From: a virus
Taxonomy: Duplodnaviria; Heunggongvirae; Uroviricota; Caudoviricetes
Virus record (IMG/VR): IMGVR_UViG_2657245081_000006
DNA: 18,498 nucleotides
Direction: 5' to 3' (one strand)
In this document: piece by piece, positions 1 to 8,183 of the stretch
Position numbering within the stretch: position 1 is the first letter of the stretch
How the letters are laid out: every line of letters starts with the position of its first letter
Notes under the pieces: generated by a model
Told to the model about the DNA's origin: nothing
Databases searched by the model: none
The model's input: only the letters and a program-made list of their open reading frames with translations
Translations under genes and position numbers: made by a program

Positions 1-1299
1 CTAAAGACGCATCCCCTTCCCTTTGCGATGTAGCATCAAAGAAACCAGAAACGCCACCACGGCCATCAAGGTCACATACCAGAAGAAGGCTGTTTCCATT
101 CCTATTGATTTCAGCGACAACGCTACGTACTCCGCCGAACCACCAAATATAGCATTAGCGACCGCATATGACAGACCAACGCCTAATGCGCGAACCTGTG
201 CCGGGAACATCTCAGCCTTCAGTATTCCACTGATTGATGTATAAAAACTCACTATCAGCAGGGCACACATCACCAGACCAAAAGCGGCATAAGGCGAGGA
301 AACGTTTTGCAATGCTGAGAGAATAGGAACGGTAAAAATGGCTGCCAGCGAACCGAAACATAACATTGAGGTACGGCGACCAATCTTATCCGACAGCGCG
401 CCAATGAGTGGTTGAATAAGCATGAATACAAACAATGCGGCAGTCATAATGCCACTCGCCACGTTGGCATGCATTCCCGCAGTATTTACCAGATACTTCT
501 GCATATAAGTAGTGAAGGTATAGAAACAAAGGGAGCCCGCAGCGGTAAAACCGAGAACCATGATGAATGCACGGCGATTGCGCCATAATCCTTTCAGAGA
601 TCCAGCTTCTTTTAAAGCGCGCGTTTCTTGTTGCGAAGTTTCATCTAACTGACGACGTAACCACAACGCCACAACAGCTAACACAGCTCCTAACGCGAAA
701 GGAATACGCCATCCCCACTCTCTGAGTGCAGCGTCTTCCATGGTGTGTTGTAAAACCACGACAACCAGTAGGGCTAGCAGTTGTCCGCCGATCAACGTCA
801 CATACTGAAATGATGCGTAAAAACCTTTGCGCCCTTCAACGGCAACTTCACTCATATAGGTGGCGCTGGTGCCATATTCTCCGCCAACGGATAATCCCTG
901 AAATAAACGAGCGAGAAGCAATAATGCCGGAGCCCACGTACCTATAGTTTCATAACCTGGGAGGCAGGCGATAACCAGCGATCCGAAACACATCATACAC
1001 ACCGATAACAGCATCGATTTTTTGCGACCATGTTTATCGGCTATGCGGCCAAATAGCCAACCGCCTATTGGGCGCATCAGGAATCCCGCAGCAAAAACAC
1101 CTGCTGTTTGTAGTAGTTGAGTCGTCGTGTTCCCGGAAGGGAAGAAAATGTGGGCGAAGTAGAGTGAACAGAACGAGTAGACATAGAAATCGAACCACTC
1201 GACCAGATTACCTGAAGAGGCCCCCACAATCGCCCAAATGCGGCGACGAGTATCACTACTTGTCAGTTTGCTGTCTGCCGTTACAGTACTTTCAGCCAT
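1..1299 (-). CDS. kgtP: alpha-ketoglutarate:H+ symporter, MFS transporter (432 aa)
   Basis: ORF 1..1401 translated: from the internal Met the sequence [43 protein letters not shown]... through ...HRKGKGMRL matches my recollection of E. coli KgtP. ATG is at 1297-1299 (plus 'cat'), stop TAG at 1-3. The 34 upstream in-frame codons of the track ORF are taken as non-coding. Confidence 0.9.
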
Positions 1300-1540
1300 G
1301 CCATTATGTCTCCTGCCGTAATCCGATGCTTTTGTTGGTCGCTTTTGTTTATTTCTTTTGGTAAAGAAAATGTTATACATTTGTTGCGTATCATTATGCA
1401 ACCTTAACCATGAATTTAGTTAGCAGGAAAATGGTTATTGAGGAGCTTAAGGATAAATTTCTGGTAAGGAGGACACGTATGGAAGTAGGCAAGTTGGGGA
1501 AACCGCATCCGTTGCTGAATCTGGCATATGTGGGAGTATA

Positions 1541-1570
1541 AGACGCGCAGCGTCGCATCAGGCATTTTTT
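1541..1570. repeat. REP-like palindromic unit (gacgc-gca-gcgtc hairpin followed by T-run)
   Basis: Plus strand agacgcgcagcgtcgcatcaggcattttttt; reverse complement resembles the canonical E. coli REP core GCCTGATGCGACGC...; it lies in the kgtP/rrn intergenic region. Confidence 0.45.
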
Positions 1571-1580
1571 TCACCAACGC

Positions 1581-1611
1581 AAAAAGGCCATCCTGACGGA
1601 TGGCCTTTCGC
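1581..1611 (-). terminator. rrn operon intrinsic terminator (T1-like) downstream of the 5S gene
   Basis: Minus-strand reading aaaggccatccgtcaggatggccttttt: 7-bp GC-rich stem (ggccatc/gatggcc), 5-nt loop, then a T-run; immediately 3' of the 5S rRNA end. Confidence 0.65.
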
Positions 1612-1619
1612 TTGATTTG

Positions 1620-1674
1620 ATGCCTGGCAGTTCCCTACTCTCGCATGGGGAGACCCCACACTACCATCGGCGCT
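1620..1674 (-). rRNA. 5S ribosomal RNA, 3'-terminal 55 nt only (truncated by the N gap)
   Basis: Reverse complement of 1620-1674 reads CGCCGATGGTAGTGTGGGGTCTCCCCATGCGAGAGTAGGGAACTGCCAGGCAT, which is the 3' end of E. coli 5S rRNA. In E. coli K-12 kgtP is adjacent to rrfG, so this is probably the rrfG homolog. Confidence 0.85.
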
Positions 1675-1684
1675 NNNNNNNNNN
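1675..1684. other. assembly gap (run of 10 N)
   Basis: Literal nnnnnnnnnn in the sequence; it interrupts the 5S rRNA gene where the rest of the rrn operon would be expected. Confidence 1.
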
Positions 1685-1735
1685 TGCGGGTGCTGTGTAA
1701 TGGAAATAAAAAGGCCACCTGACGTGGACACCAGA

Positions 1736-2788
1736 TTATTTCCCCACCAGCTCGTTTATCTCTTTCACTGTCTGGTTAAACCGCTCTGACTCAAGCTCAA
1801 CACCTAAGGCCCGACGCCCCAGCGCCATTGCTGCTTTTATTGTGGAACCGGATCCCATAAAAAAATCAGCAACCAGATCACCAGGTCGACTACTGGCATT
1901 GATTATTTGCCTGAGCATATCCGCCGGTTTCTCACACGGATGTTTACCCGGGTAGAACTGAACGGGTTTATGCATCCAGACATCGGTATAAGGCACGGAG
2001 ACTGATACGGAGAAATAGCGCCGGAGAGATTTAAACTCATCCAGCAATTCAGAATATTTGCGATTCAGTGAATCATAAGATGCCACCAGCTGGTGGTGTG
2101 GTTGTTCCAGTTGTTGTTCCTGAAACTTCTCTGCCGCTATACGGGAAAACAGTGCCTGTAACTTCCGATAGTCAGCCTCATTCGGCAACTGCCACTGACT
2201 GGCACCAAACCAGTGGGAAACCATATTTTTCTTACCTGTGGCTTCGGCAATTTGTTTTGCCGTTATACCCAGTTCGGCACGAGCATCCCTGAAATACGAT
2301 ATCAGCGGTGCCATTATGTGCTGTTTGAGTTCCCTTTCTTTTGCCGCATAGCCGTCACTTTTGCCGCGATATGGCCCCTGGTAATGTTCAGCAAACAGAA
2401 CGCGCTCTGTGGCAGGAAAATATGCGCGCAGACTTTCTTTATTACACCCATTCCAACGTCCGGACGGCTTCGCCCAGATGATATGGTTAAGCACGTTGAA
2501 ACGTTCACGCATCATGATCTCAATATCAGATGCCAGGCGATGCCCACAGAACAGGTAAAGGCTTCCGGCAGGTTTTAACACCCGCCAGAACTGGGCCAGA
2601 CAGTGGTCCAGCCACTTAAGGTAATCTTCGTCCCCTTTCCACTGATTGTCCCAGCCGTTGGGTTTCACCTTGAAGTACGGCGGATCGGTAACAATCAGGT
2701 CAATGGAATCATCAGGCAGGGACTGAATAAAATGCAGGCAATCAGCGTTGATTAAATCAGCACTGTTTATTTTTACAGTATTTTTCAT
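1736..2788 (-). CDS. DNA methyltransferase, N6/N4 family (beta-class, DPPY motif IV near N-terminus, FxGxG motif I near C-terminus), 350 aa
   Basis: Translation contains IDLIVTDPPYF and DFFMGSGST; typical orphan phage-type adenine/cytosine-N MTase architecture. No clear SD before the ATG. Confidence 0.8.
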   Translation of the reverse strand: MKNTVKINSADLINADCLHFIQSLPDDSIDLIVTDPPYFKVKPNGWDNQWKGDEDYLKWLDHCLAQFWRVLKPAGSLYLFCGHRLASDIEIMMRERFNVLNHIIWAKPSGRWNGCNKESLRAYFPATERVLFAEHYQGPYRGKSDGYAAKERELKQHIMAPLISYFRDARAELGITAKQIAEATGKKNMVSHWFGASQWQLPNEADYRKLQALFSRIAAEKFQEQQLEQPHHQLVASYDSLNRKYSELLDEFKSLRRYFSVSVSVPYTDVWMHKPVQFYPGKHPCEKPADMLRQIINASSRPGDLVADFFMGSGSTIKAAMALGRRALGVELESERFNQTVKEINELVGK

Positions 2789-2938
2789 GGATCAGTAAGC
2801 GTAACTCTGGTAGGCTCACTCTGCTTTTGCGCTAAAGCAGTGGGCCGTGGTTCGCTTGTGACCAGTAAGCATGAGCGAATGGCTGGCAGGTGCTACCAAC
2901 ACCCACCAGCCGCCCATTTTCACAGCAGGAAACCGCCA

Positions 2939-3166
2939 TTACTGGCAGCGTCTGAATTTATTCCCGTACCCGCCGTTATCCTTCGCCAGACCCGCCAGAA
3001 CTAACTGAGTCAGTATTAACTGGCACCGGGCTTCGCTTACTCCGGTAGTTCTCGTCATCATGCGTGGCGTTACCCACTTGTCAGCAGGTAAGAAATGAAG
3101 GACTGCGGCGGCGGTTTCTGTCATATCTTGCTGTTTTAGCATGTCTTTTTCCCTTCTGGTTAACAT
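2939..3166 (-). CDS. small winged-helix-like protein (PapI/FaeA-like by eye), 75 aa; better SD before internal Met at 3142 (67 aa)
   Basis: Motif VLHFLPADKWVTPRMMTRTTGVSEARCQLILTQLVLAGLA looks like a winged helix-turn-helix; AAGGGA precedes the ATG at 3142. Family assignment is by eye only. Confidence 0.5.
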   Translation of the reverse strand: MLTRREKDMLKQQDMTETAAAVLHFLPADKWVTPRMMTRTTGVSEARCQLILTQLVLAGLAKDNGGYGNKFRRCQ

Positions 3167-3263
3167 GACATACCAATAACTCTTGTCTAAAAATCCAGCA
3201 AGATAAAAAGTCAGTATTCACGACCACCAGCGTGTTTACTGTACTGCACCAAGTTTACAGGTA

Positions 3264-3290
3264 CAAAAAACCCGCTCAGTGGCGGGTTTA
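3264..3290. terminator. bidirectional intrinsic terminator
   Basis: aaaaaacccgc-tcagtg-gcgggttt: 5-6 bp GC stem flanked by an A-run on one side and a T-run on the other; the minus-strand reading gives gcgggtttttt. Confidence 0.6.
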
Positions 3291-3418
3291 AGTTGTGTGG
3301 CGAAGTAACCACTCTTAACACACTAATAGCATTTTTGTTATAACACAAGTAGCTCATTCAGTATTTTTAGAATCTTGACTTTCTTAAGCACGGCGAACTC
3401 TGAATACCAAACATAAAA

Positions 3419-4036
3419 TCAATTATCTTCCAGGCCGGATGCTATCAACGAAAGCCTCTCAAAAAACGCTGTAGCAGCCTTGTCCAAAGTTGAATAAGTA
3501 CTGTATTCTCCGTGTTCGGGACCAACCACTACCCATGGTCGTCTTTTTGGGATTCGGGACTTCTCAGAAATCACTGTTCCAGATATACCAATATCAATTG
3601 TTACACCTGTTATTATTTTCTCTTCATCTCTTTCCCTGAACTCAATTGCCATAAATGCCGTTTTTTTTCGTTTCCCGTTTTTAAAAAAATCAAATAAAGC
3701 AAAGCGATGCTCATTAAAATCAACACCCCATCGTCCTTCAGGATAAAGGGCATGAAAGTTGTCATTTACGCTCTGCATCGTCTCATAAGCTTTAACTTCT
3801 AAATCTCCATAGTGCATAGATACCGCGCAGGAGTCACTGGGTAACTGTATTTTCCCAAGATTGAAAACCTTTACTGCTCCAGAACTATGGCATCTTGCCC
3901 GCAATTTATCCCCATTTATACTAATCGGAGAAATATTCCTTAATGTTCCGGGCTGGCTCCCTCCTAAGTAAACGACTGTTAAAGATTGCTTATTTTCAAT
4001 TGCATCAACTAATACATGCTCTACATTTTTATCCAT
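3419..4036 (-). CDS. hypothetical protein, 205 aa, AT-rich cargo gene immediately downstream of Q (no family recognised)
   Basis: ORF 3419..4063; start moved to ATG at 4034-4036 because GGGAGG lies 5 nt upstream (MDKNVEHV...). Sampled lines are about 37 percent GC against about 60 percent in neighbouring prophage genes. Confidence 0.7.
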   Translation of the reverse strand: MDKNVEHVLVDAIENKQSLTVVYLGGSQPGTLRNISPISINGDKLRARCHSSGAVKVFNLGKIQLPSDSCAVSMHYGDLEVKAYETMQSVNDNFHALYPEGRWGVDFNEHRFALFDFFKNGKRKKTAFMAIEFRERDEEKIITGVTIDIGISGTVISEKSRIPKRRPWVVVGPEHGEYSTYSTLDKAATAFFERLSLIASGLEDN

Positions 4037-4037
4037 A

Positions 4038-4074
4038 ATAACCTCCCGATGAACAGGTATCATCAGGAGGTTAT
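4038..4074 (-). promoter_or_regulatory. 15-bp stem / 7-nt loop hairpin sequestering the Shine-Dalgarno of the 205-aa gene
   Basis: Plus strand ataacctcccgatga-acaggta-tcatcaggaggttat. In the minus-sense mRNA the arms pair over 15 bp with one G-U; the SD GGGAGG lies in the 3' arm and the stem ends 1 nt before the AUG. Confidence 0.55.
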
Positions 4075-4111
4075 AATAAAATATGATTATTTACTTTGAT
4101 TGAATTTATTA

Positions 4112-4483
4112 CTATATGTAACAATCAATTTCTAAAGATACCCCCAACATTGCCAGACAACCGTCAATAAACCCTTCAGCTTTCTGCAGTCTGATAACAA
4201 CCTGATTAAGTGATATCCCCAGTTTTACCCCCAACGCCCGTAATGTAACCCCATACACATAATACATTTCCAGTAATTCGTATTGATACGGTTCCTTTTT
4301 CTTAAGAACTGTCATTGCAGAGCTAATGATCAGGCCATCGTCATCGCTACATTGCGGGCGGGATTTTACTTTCGAAGGAATTAATCCCTTAAAACCTGCA
4401 GCAACAGATGACCATTCCACATCCTCGTGATTATTTGCCACCCATGCCCCCCAACGTTCAAGAACCATTTGAATATCACGCAT
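4112..4483 (-). CDS. late-gene antiterminator Q, QuuD/phage-82 type (Phage_antitermQ family), 123 aa
   Basis: MRDIQMVLERWGAWVANNHEDVEWSSVAAGFKGLI... closely matches my recollection of DLP12 QuuD (YbcQ). Start chosen at ATG 4481-4483 with GGAGA 6 nt upstream. Confidence 0.8.
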   Translation of the reverse strand: MRDIQMVLERWGAWVANNHEDVEWSSVAAGFKGLIPSKVKSRPQCSDDDGLIISSAMTVLKKKEPYQYELLEMYYVYGVTLRALGVKLGISLNQVVIRLQKAEGFIDGCLAMLGVSLEIDCYI

Positions 4484-4500
4484 CAACTTTCTCCACAAAA

Positions 4501-5496
4501 TCAGGCCAGCACGCCTATTGCCAGCGCACGATCGATAAAACGAAATATCAGCTCCAGCTGGGAGCCATACTTCTCTTCAAATGCCACGGTATCCGCATGC
4601 AGCTCGTCGTGATGCTTTCTGCACAAAGGCAACACAAAGAGGTCATGCGCTTTTGTACCCATTCCACCCTGACCGTGGCCTATCAGGTGGTGGGGATCAT
4701 CAGCAGGCTTTCCACAACATGCACACGGCTGTGTCTTAACCCAGCGCGTGTACTTTTCATTAACCCAGCGGCGGCGTTTTGGGCGTAACATAAAAGACTC
4801 CGGCGACTCCGGATCCACTTTCAGCGCCAGCACCTTTTTCGCTTTATCCTGGATGATGCTGGTGGCAGGAACCGAAGGCACAAGGTCACTCTCCCGGGTG
4901 ACAGACGGCACAACAGGTTTCGGTAATCTCAGCGCCTTACGGGCTGCGCTTTCAGGTAAGGCATCCGCCAGGTCATTACGAATCAGCCACCAGCACAGTT
5001 CCGGCATTGTCACGGCATGGTTATCATCAAAACCGAGATCCCGACGGACTACAGACAACACCCAGCGGGCACAGTTATCCGTTGCCATTGATTCCAGCCG
5101 TTCCGTGAACTGATCGCGCAGCTGGTTATCGCAGTGCCAGCACAGACGGATTGCGCCCGGAGCGTGTCGCATTGTGGTCATGTTCTCGCTGTGCCAGTCG
5201 GAATGAGGCCACTGGCAGCCTTTTTCACGAAGTAACCAGCTTTCAAGACATTCCACGCCACCAGCACGACGGATCACTGCCTCATTGCGGAACACGGCCC
5301 GAACGGCAGGATCATCCGCCAGCGGTTGTGATACCGCCGGAACGGCACCACTGGCGAAAGATGAATAACGTTCCGGCTCAGGCTCCAGCAGGACACGCCC
5401 CTGCATAAACAGGGGCATCAGCTCTGAACCTGGCCTGAACAATACGATCCCCATACGCGGGGCAATTTCAGGGGTCAGTAGTGCTCTCACGGTCAC
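4501..5496 (-). CDS. DUF968-family phage protein (YdfU-like) with C-terminal Cys/His-rich HNH-like motif, 331 aa
   Basis: C-terminal CACCGKPADDPHHLIGHGQGG...LCRKHHDELH; position directly upstream of Q as in Qin/DLP12-type prophages. Annotated start is GTG at 5494-5496, 1 nt after the KilA-N stop. Confidence 0.7.
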   Translation of the reverse strand: MTVRALLTPEIAPRMGIVLFRPGSELMPLFMQGRVLLEPEPERYSSFASGAVPAVSQPLADDPAVRAVFRNEAVIRRAGGVECLESWLLREKGCQWPHSDWHSENMTTMRHAPGAIRLCWHCDNQLRDQFTERLESMATDNCARWVLSVVRRDLGFDDNHAVTMPELCWWLIRNDLADALPESAARKALRLPKPVVPSVTRESDLVPSVPATSIIQDKAKKVLALKVDPESPESFMLRPKRRRWVNEKYTRWVKTQPCACCGKPADDPHHLIGHGQGGMGTKAHDLFVLPLCRKHHDELHADTVAFEEKYGSQLELIFRFIDRALAIGVLA

Positions 5497-5497
5497 C

Positions 5498-6307
5498 TCA
5501 ATGAACGGTATCGAGCAGCTTTAACAGCTCAGGGAATCGGGATTCGAAGAAATGCGGCTGCGTCTCACGCGGATTTGCGGGACTGGTGATGTTCTTGCCG
5601 AACATGCAGCCTTTCGCCGTCAGCGACCAGAATTTTTTGATGTTGTTAATCCCGGTACGGCTGTATCGTTCGCGCTGCTCGACGATCCCCAGCTTCACCA
5701 TCTGGTGATATGCCTGATTAGCCGTCAGGCGGATACCATACTGCTTCAGCAGTGCACTCAGCGACAGCGTCGGGCGGCTTGAGCCATCAGGCGCGTCAGC
5801 AGGTGCATCAATGGCATAGCGCGGTGCCAGATTCGGTAAGCCAACAGCCTCCTGGAGTTTCTGACAGGCACCAAGCACTGAAGAGTTAGACAGATTTAAC
5901 TCCCGGCGCATAAAGTCCAGCAGGATCACGCCAGCCTGCATCTTGTCAGCAGCCTGTCCGGATAACTTTTCCGGCGCGCTGGTTACCATATCGAAAGTAC
6001 GGATCACCTTCAGATGGAATGACGGGCTGATCCACATTGCATAGGCATACACCAGTTCCTTACAGACATACGTTCCCCGTTCATTTCCCCCATGAATCAC
6101 ACTCACCGGGTCAACACCCAAATTCTGGGTGTTGGTTAATTCATGAACAAGCTCAACAGTTTGTTGGCTGGAAAGAAACTTTCCTGGCTCCTTGGTTCTG
6201 GCATTTGCACCAGATGCTACTGCTGCGCGATGCAGATCGTTCAGGCTGTAACGCCCATAAGCATCACGACGAACTTCAATACCATCAATGACCATCAGAT
6301 TATTCAT
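5498..6307 (-). CDS. KilA-N domain protein / putative antirepressor, 269 aa
   Basis: N-terminal ...YSLNDLHRAA...KPGKFL...GTYVCKELVYAYAMWISPSFHLKVIRTFD is the KilA-N signature; AGGAGA 6 nt upstream of the ATG at 6307. Confidence 0.8.
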   Translation of the reverse strand: MNNLMVIDGIEVRRDAYGRYSLNDLHRAAVASGANARTKEPGKFLSSQQTVELVHELTNTQNLGVDPVSVIHGGNERGTYVCKELVYAYAMWISPSFHLKVIRTFDMVTSAPEKLSGQAADKMQAGVILLDFMRRELNLSNSSVLGACQKLQEAVGLPNLAPRYAIDAPADAPDGSSRPTLSLSALLKQYGIRLTANQAYHQMVKLGIVEQRERYSRTGINNIKKFWSLTAKGCMFGKNITSPANPRETQPHFFESRFPELLKLLDTVH

Positions 6308-6326
6308 ACTTCGTTTCTCCTCTTAA

Positions 6327-6716
6327 TCAGGCAGCTGCACCCGCCGTTTTCTCGTACTTACTGATAGTGATCTCGACCTTCCCTTCCGGGATAACCGGTC
6401 CCCACTCCACCAGCATTCTTTTCACCTGACTGTCGTCTTCCCACACCCCCGCGTGGGTCAGGGCGTCAAACAGCGCCTTGTTATAGTTGTCCAGATCGCG
6501 GATCCTGTTATCCGGAGGAAACAACACGATCTCCACTGAAGCAGGTGCCGACGTTGGTTTCGGCAGACGACGTAACTGCTCAACTATTGCTGCACACGCC
6601 GCGCTCTGGAATTTGCGCCCCGCCGCGCTTATCAGGCTCTTACCTGCAAACGCCACTTTGTTGGGGTGTCGCCAGTACGTGTTCACGCTGGGCGGAAAAG
6701 GCAGTATTAGCTTCAT
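6327..6716 (-). CDS. rusA: Holliday-junction resolvase RusA, 129 aa
   Basis: MKLILPFPPSVNTYWRH...RDLDNYNKALFDALTHAGVWEDDSQV matches the RusA pattern (PxxPxxNxYxR, DLDN, D-D); ATGA overlap with the upstream gene. Confidence 0.85.
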   Translation of the reverse strand: MKLILPFPPSVNTYWRHPNKVAFAGKSLISAAGRKFQSAACAAIVEQLRRLPKPTSAPASVEIVLFPPDNRIRDLDNYNKALFDALTHAGVWEDDSQVKRMLVEWGPVIPEGKVEITISKYEKTAGAAA

Positions 6717-7039
6717 ACTTTCAGGCCCCTCTCATGTAACCAGTGGGCTGCACGCAACCTGGCGTTCTCCTCACCGGCAAGCAGTGCGCGGATGATACCG
6801 ACCGCCTCGCTGTCGTCGTCCTTCACCGCGGTATGAAGCGTGATGCCCCGGGCCACGCCACGCTTTATCGTGATGACGCCTTTTTTCTCCAGTGCGCGAA
6901 GATGCTCCACCGCTGCATTCACTGAACGGTATCCCAGCATGGTTGCCACCTCCTGATTGGTTGGCGGGAAGCCACGTTCTTTCTGATAAGAAATCAGCAT
7001 ATCCAGCACCTGCTGCTGGCATTGAGTTAACGTCGTCAT
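6713..7039 (-). CDS. LexA N-terminal DNA-binding-domain-like protein (no peptidase domain), 108 aa
   Basis: LTQCQQQVLDMLISYQKERGFPPTNQEVATMLGYRSVNAAVEHLRALEKKGVI resembles the LexA winged-helix DBD; ATGA overlaps at both ends. Confidence 0.6.
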   Translation of the reverse strand: MTTLTQCQQQVLDMLISYQKERGFPPTNQEVATMLGYRSVNAAVEHLRALEKKGVITIKRGVARGITLHTAVKDDDSEAVGIIRALLAGEENARLRAAHWLHERGLKV

Positions 7040-7689
7040 GCCGCCATCTCCCTGACCAGTTTTTCTGCCTGCTGGCGAACCTGCGCCAGAAAGGCCTCAC
7101 CACATGCCTCAAGTTCATCGCGCCCGATGTAGCTGATTGCCGGTCCCTTCCAGGTCTTGTCGAAAACAGCAATAGCACCAGCGAAGAAAGCGCCTGTCGG
7201 CACCTGCTTCTCATCCTTCGGGATAAACCAGGCAGGCAGTTCAAAACCAATACGCCCGCGAATAAAAGCAATATGATCTGCATCTTCCGGCCACCACACT
7301 TCGCTGGTGGCAGCTTTGATCAGGAAAACATAGCGCCCGCCTTTATCACGCATGGCACTGGCATGCTTCATGATGTAACGCATGCCGGTGATGTATTGCC
7401 CCTCATGCTGACTGGCGCGGCTGTATGGGGGATTACCAAAGGCAGCACCTTTAAGCTCCGCAAGGCGTTCTGACCAGTCATGCGCCAGCGCGTTGTCTTC
7501 CGCCGTGTAATACGCAGCACATTTGGCGTTATCACCGTCAGTGAACAGATCCAGAACAAACGGGCCAAACAGGGTGTTAATTCCCCAGAAAATGTTGTCC
7601 GGCGTGCGCCACTGATCGCCCACTTCCTTCAGTTCATGGGCTGGTTTGTTCCGCAGTTCCGCCAGCGCCTGGCAATATTTATTACTCAT
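7036..7689 (-). CDS. phage N6-adenine DNA methyltransferase (Dam family, NPPY), 217 aa
   Basis: DQWRTPDNIF...LDLFTDGDNAKC...AFGNPPYSR; start taken at ATG 7687-7689 overlapping the upstream stop (TAATG). Track ORF 7036..7722 has 11 extra N-terminal codons. Confidence 0.85.
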   Translation of the reverse strand: MSNKYCQALAELRNKPAHELKEVGDQWRTPDNIFWGINTLFGPFVLDLFTDGDNAKCAAYYTAEDNALAHDWSERLAELKGAAFGNPPYSRASQHEGQYITGMRYIMKHASAMRDKGGRYVFLIKAATSEVWWPEDADHIAFIRGRIGFELPAWFIPKDEKQVPTGAFFAGAIAVFDKTWKGPAISYIGRDELEACGEAFLAQVRQQAEKLVREMAA

Positions 7690-8183
7690 TAAGCCCCCAC
7701 GTAATTCCCTGAGAGATACCACTCTTCACCTGATGCAGCCCGCTTACTGCTTTTCCGTAAACACCGTTCACGACGCGCCAGAAAATTGTTTCGTTCTGGC
7801 TGGGAGTGGCTTTCACGGAATGCCGCCATCCACACCGTTGCAGCACGACGGTATAAGCCCCTCGACTCCAGTTCTTCAGCCTGGCGGGTCAGGCACAAAA
7901 TCACCCGGGGGTCGTTAGTGCCGACATAGAACTTGCGCACAGGTCTGGTTTCACGAACTGGTTGTGGTTCCGGCTCCTGCGCTCTCTCAGTCAGGCGCGA
8001 GAAATGTCTGCGTGTATCTCCTTCACAACGGTGAGCCACACGCCCACTCTGACGTAACTTGCTTGCTGACTGCAGAACGCGCTGCCGTGAGTAACCTGCA
8101 AAAGCATCCGCAATGTCTCCGGAAGTACAGCCCGGATGGGCTTCAATGAATTTCTGAACTTCATTCAAAATACTCATGCTCAC
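7689..8183 (-). CDS. PerC-like transcriptional regulator (N-terminal wHTH-like region plus LYRRAATVWMAAF motif), about 162-164 aa
   Basis: C-terminal ...ESRGLYRRAATVWMAAF resembles the PerC family. First codon is GTG at 8181-8183 (overlapping the O-like stop); alternative ATG at 8177. Confidence 0.55.
   Translation of the reverse strand: MSMSILNEVQKFIEAHPGCTSGDIADAFAGYSRQRVLQSASKLRQSGRVAHRCEGDTRRHFSRLTERAQEPEPQPVRETRPVRKFYVGTNDPRVILCLTRQAEELESRGLYRRAATVWMAAFRESHSQPERNNFLARRERCLRKSSKRAASGEEWYLSGNYVGA

Noticed and set aside
23-1364. Plus-strand ORFs 23..244, 726..947 and 1068..1364 and minus ORF 386..586 within kgtP
   Set aside because: Antisense or off-frame to the highly conserved kgtP reading frame.
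1300-1401. N-terminal 34-codon extension of the kgtP ORF (track ORF 1..1401)
   Set aside because: The conserved KgtP N-terminus begins at MAESTV (ATG 1297-1299); the upstream in-frame stretch is promoter/leader sequence with no better start signal.
2068-2578. ORFs 2068..2292 (+), 2213..2578 (+) and 2314..2508 (-) inside the N6/N4 methyltransferase gene
   Set aside because: Antisense or off-frame to the MTase frame, which carries both DPPY and FxGxG motifs; no independent support.
3167-3418. Possible tRNA genes downstream of Q (as in Stx phages)
   Set aside because: No T-loop-like GGTTCGAATCC-type motif or cloverleaf-compatible inverted repeats; the only stable hairpin is the terminator at 3264-3290.
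4064-4111. Confident placement of the Q-dependent late promoter (PR'/qut) between Q and the cargo gene
   Set aside because: Several weak -35/-10-like hexamers exist in this AT-rich spacer, but none stands out and qut elements cannot be recognised by sequence alone; left unannotated.
4408-5408. Plus-strand ORFs 4408..4788, 4427..4612, 4748..5113 and 5151..5408 antisense to Q and the DUF968 gene
   Set aside because: Antisense to genes with clear family signatures; no SD; composition typical of off-frame translation.
6771-7473. ORFs 6771..7283 (-) and 6892..7473 (+) overlapping the Dam and LexA-DBD-like genes
   Set aside because: Shadow ORFs in alternative frames of well-supported genes; arginine/serine-rich translations typical of GC-rich off-frames.
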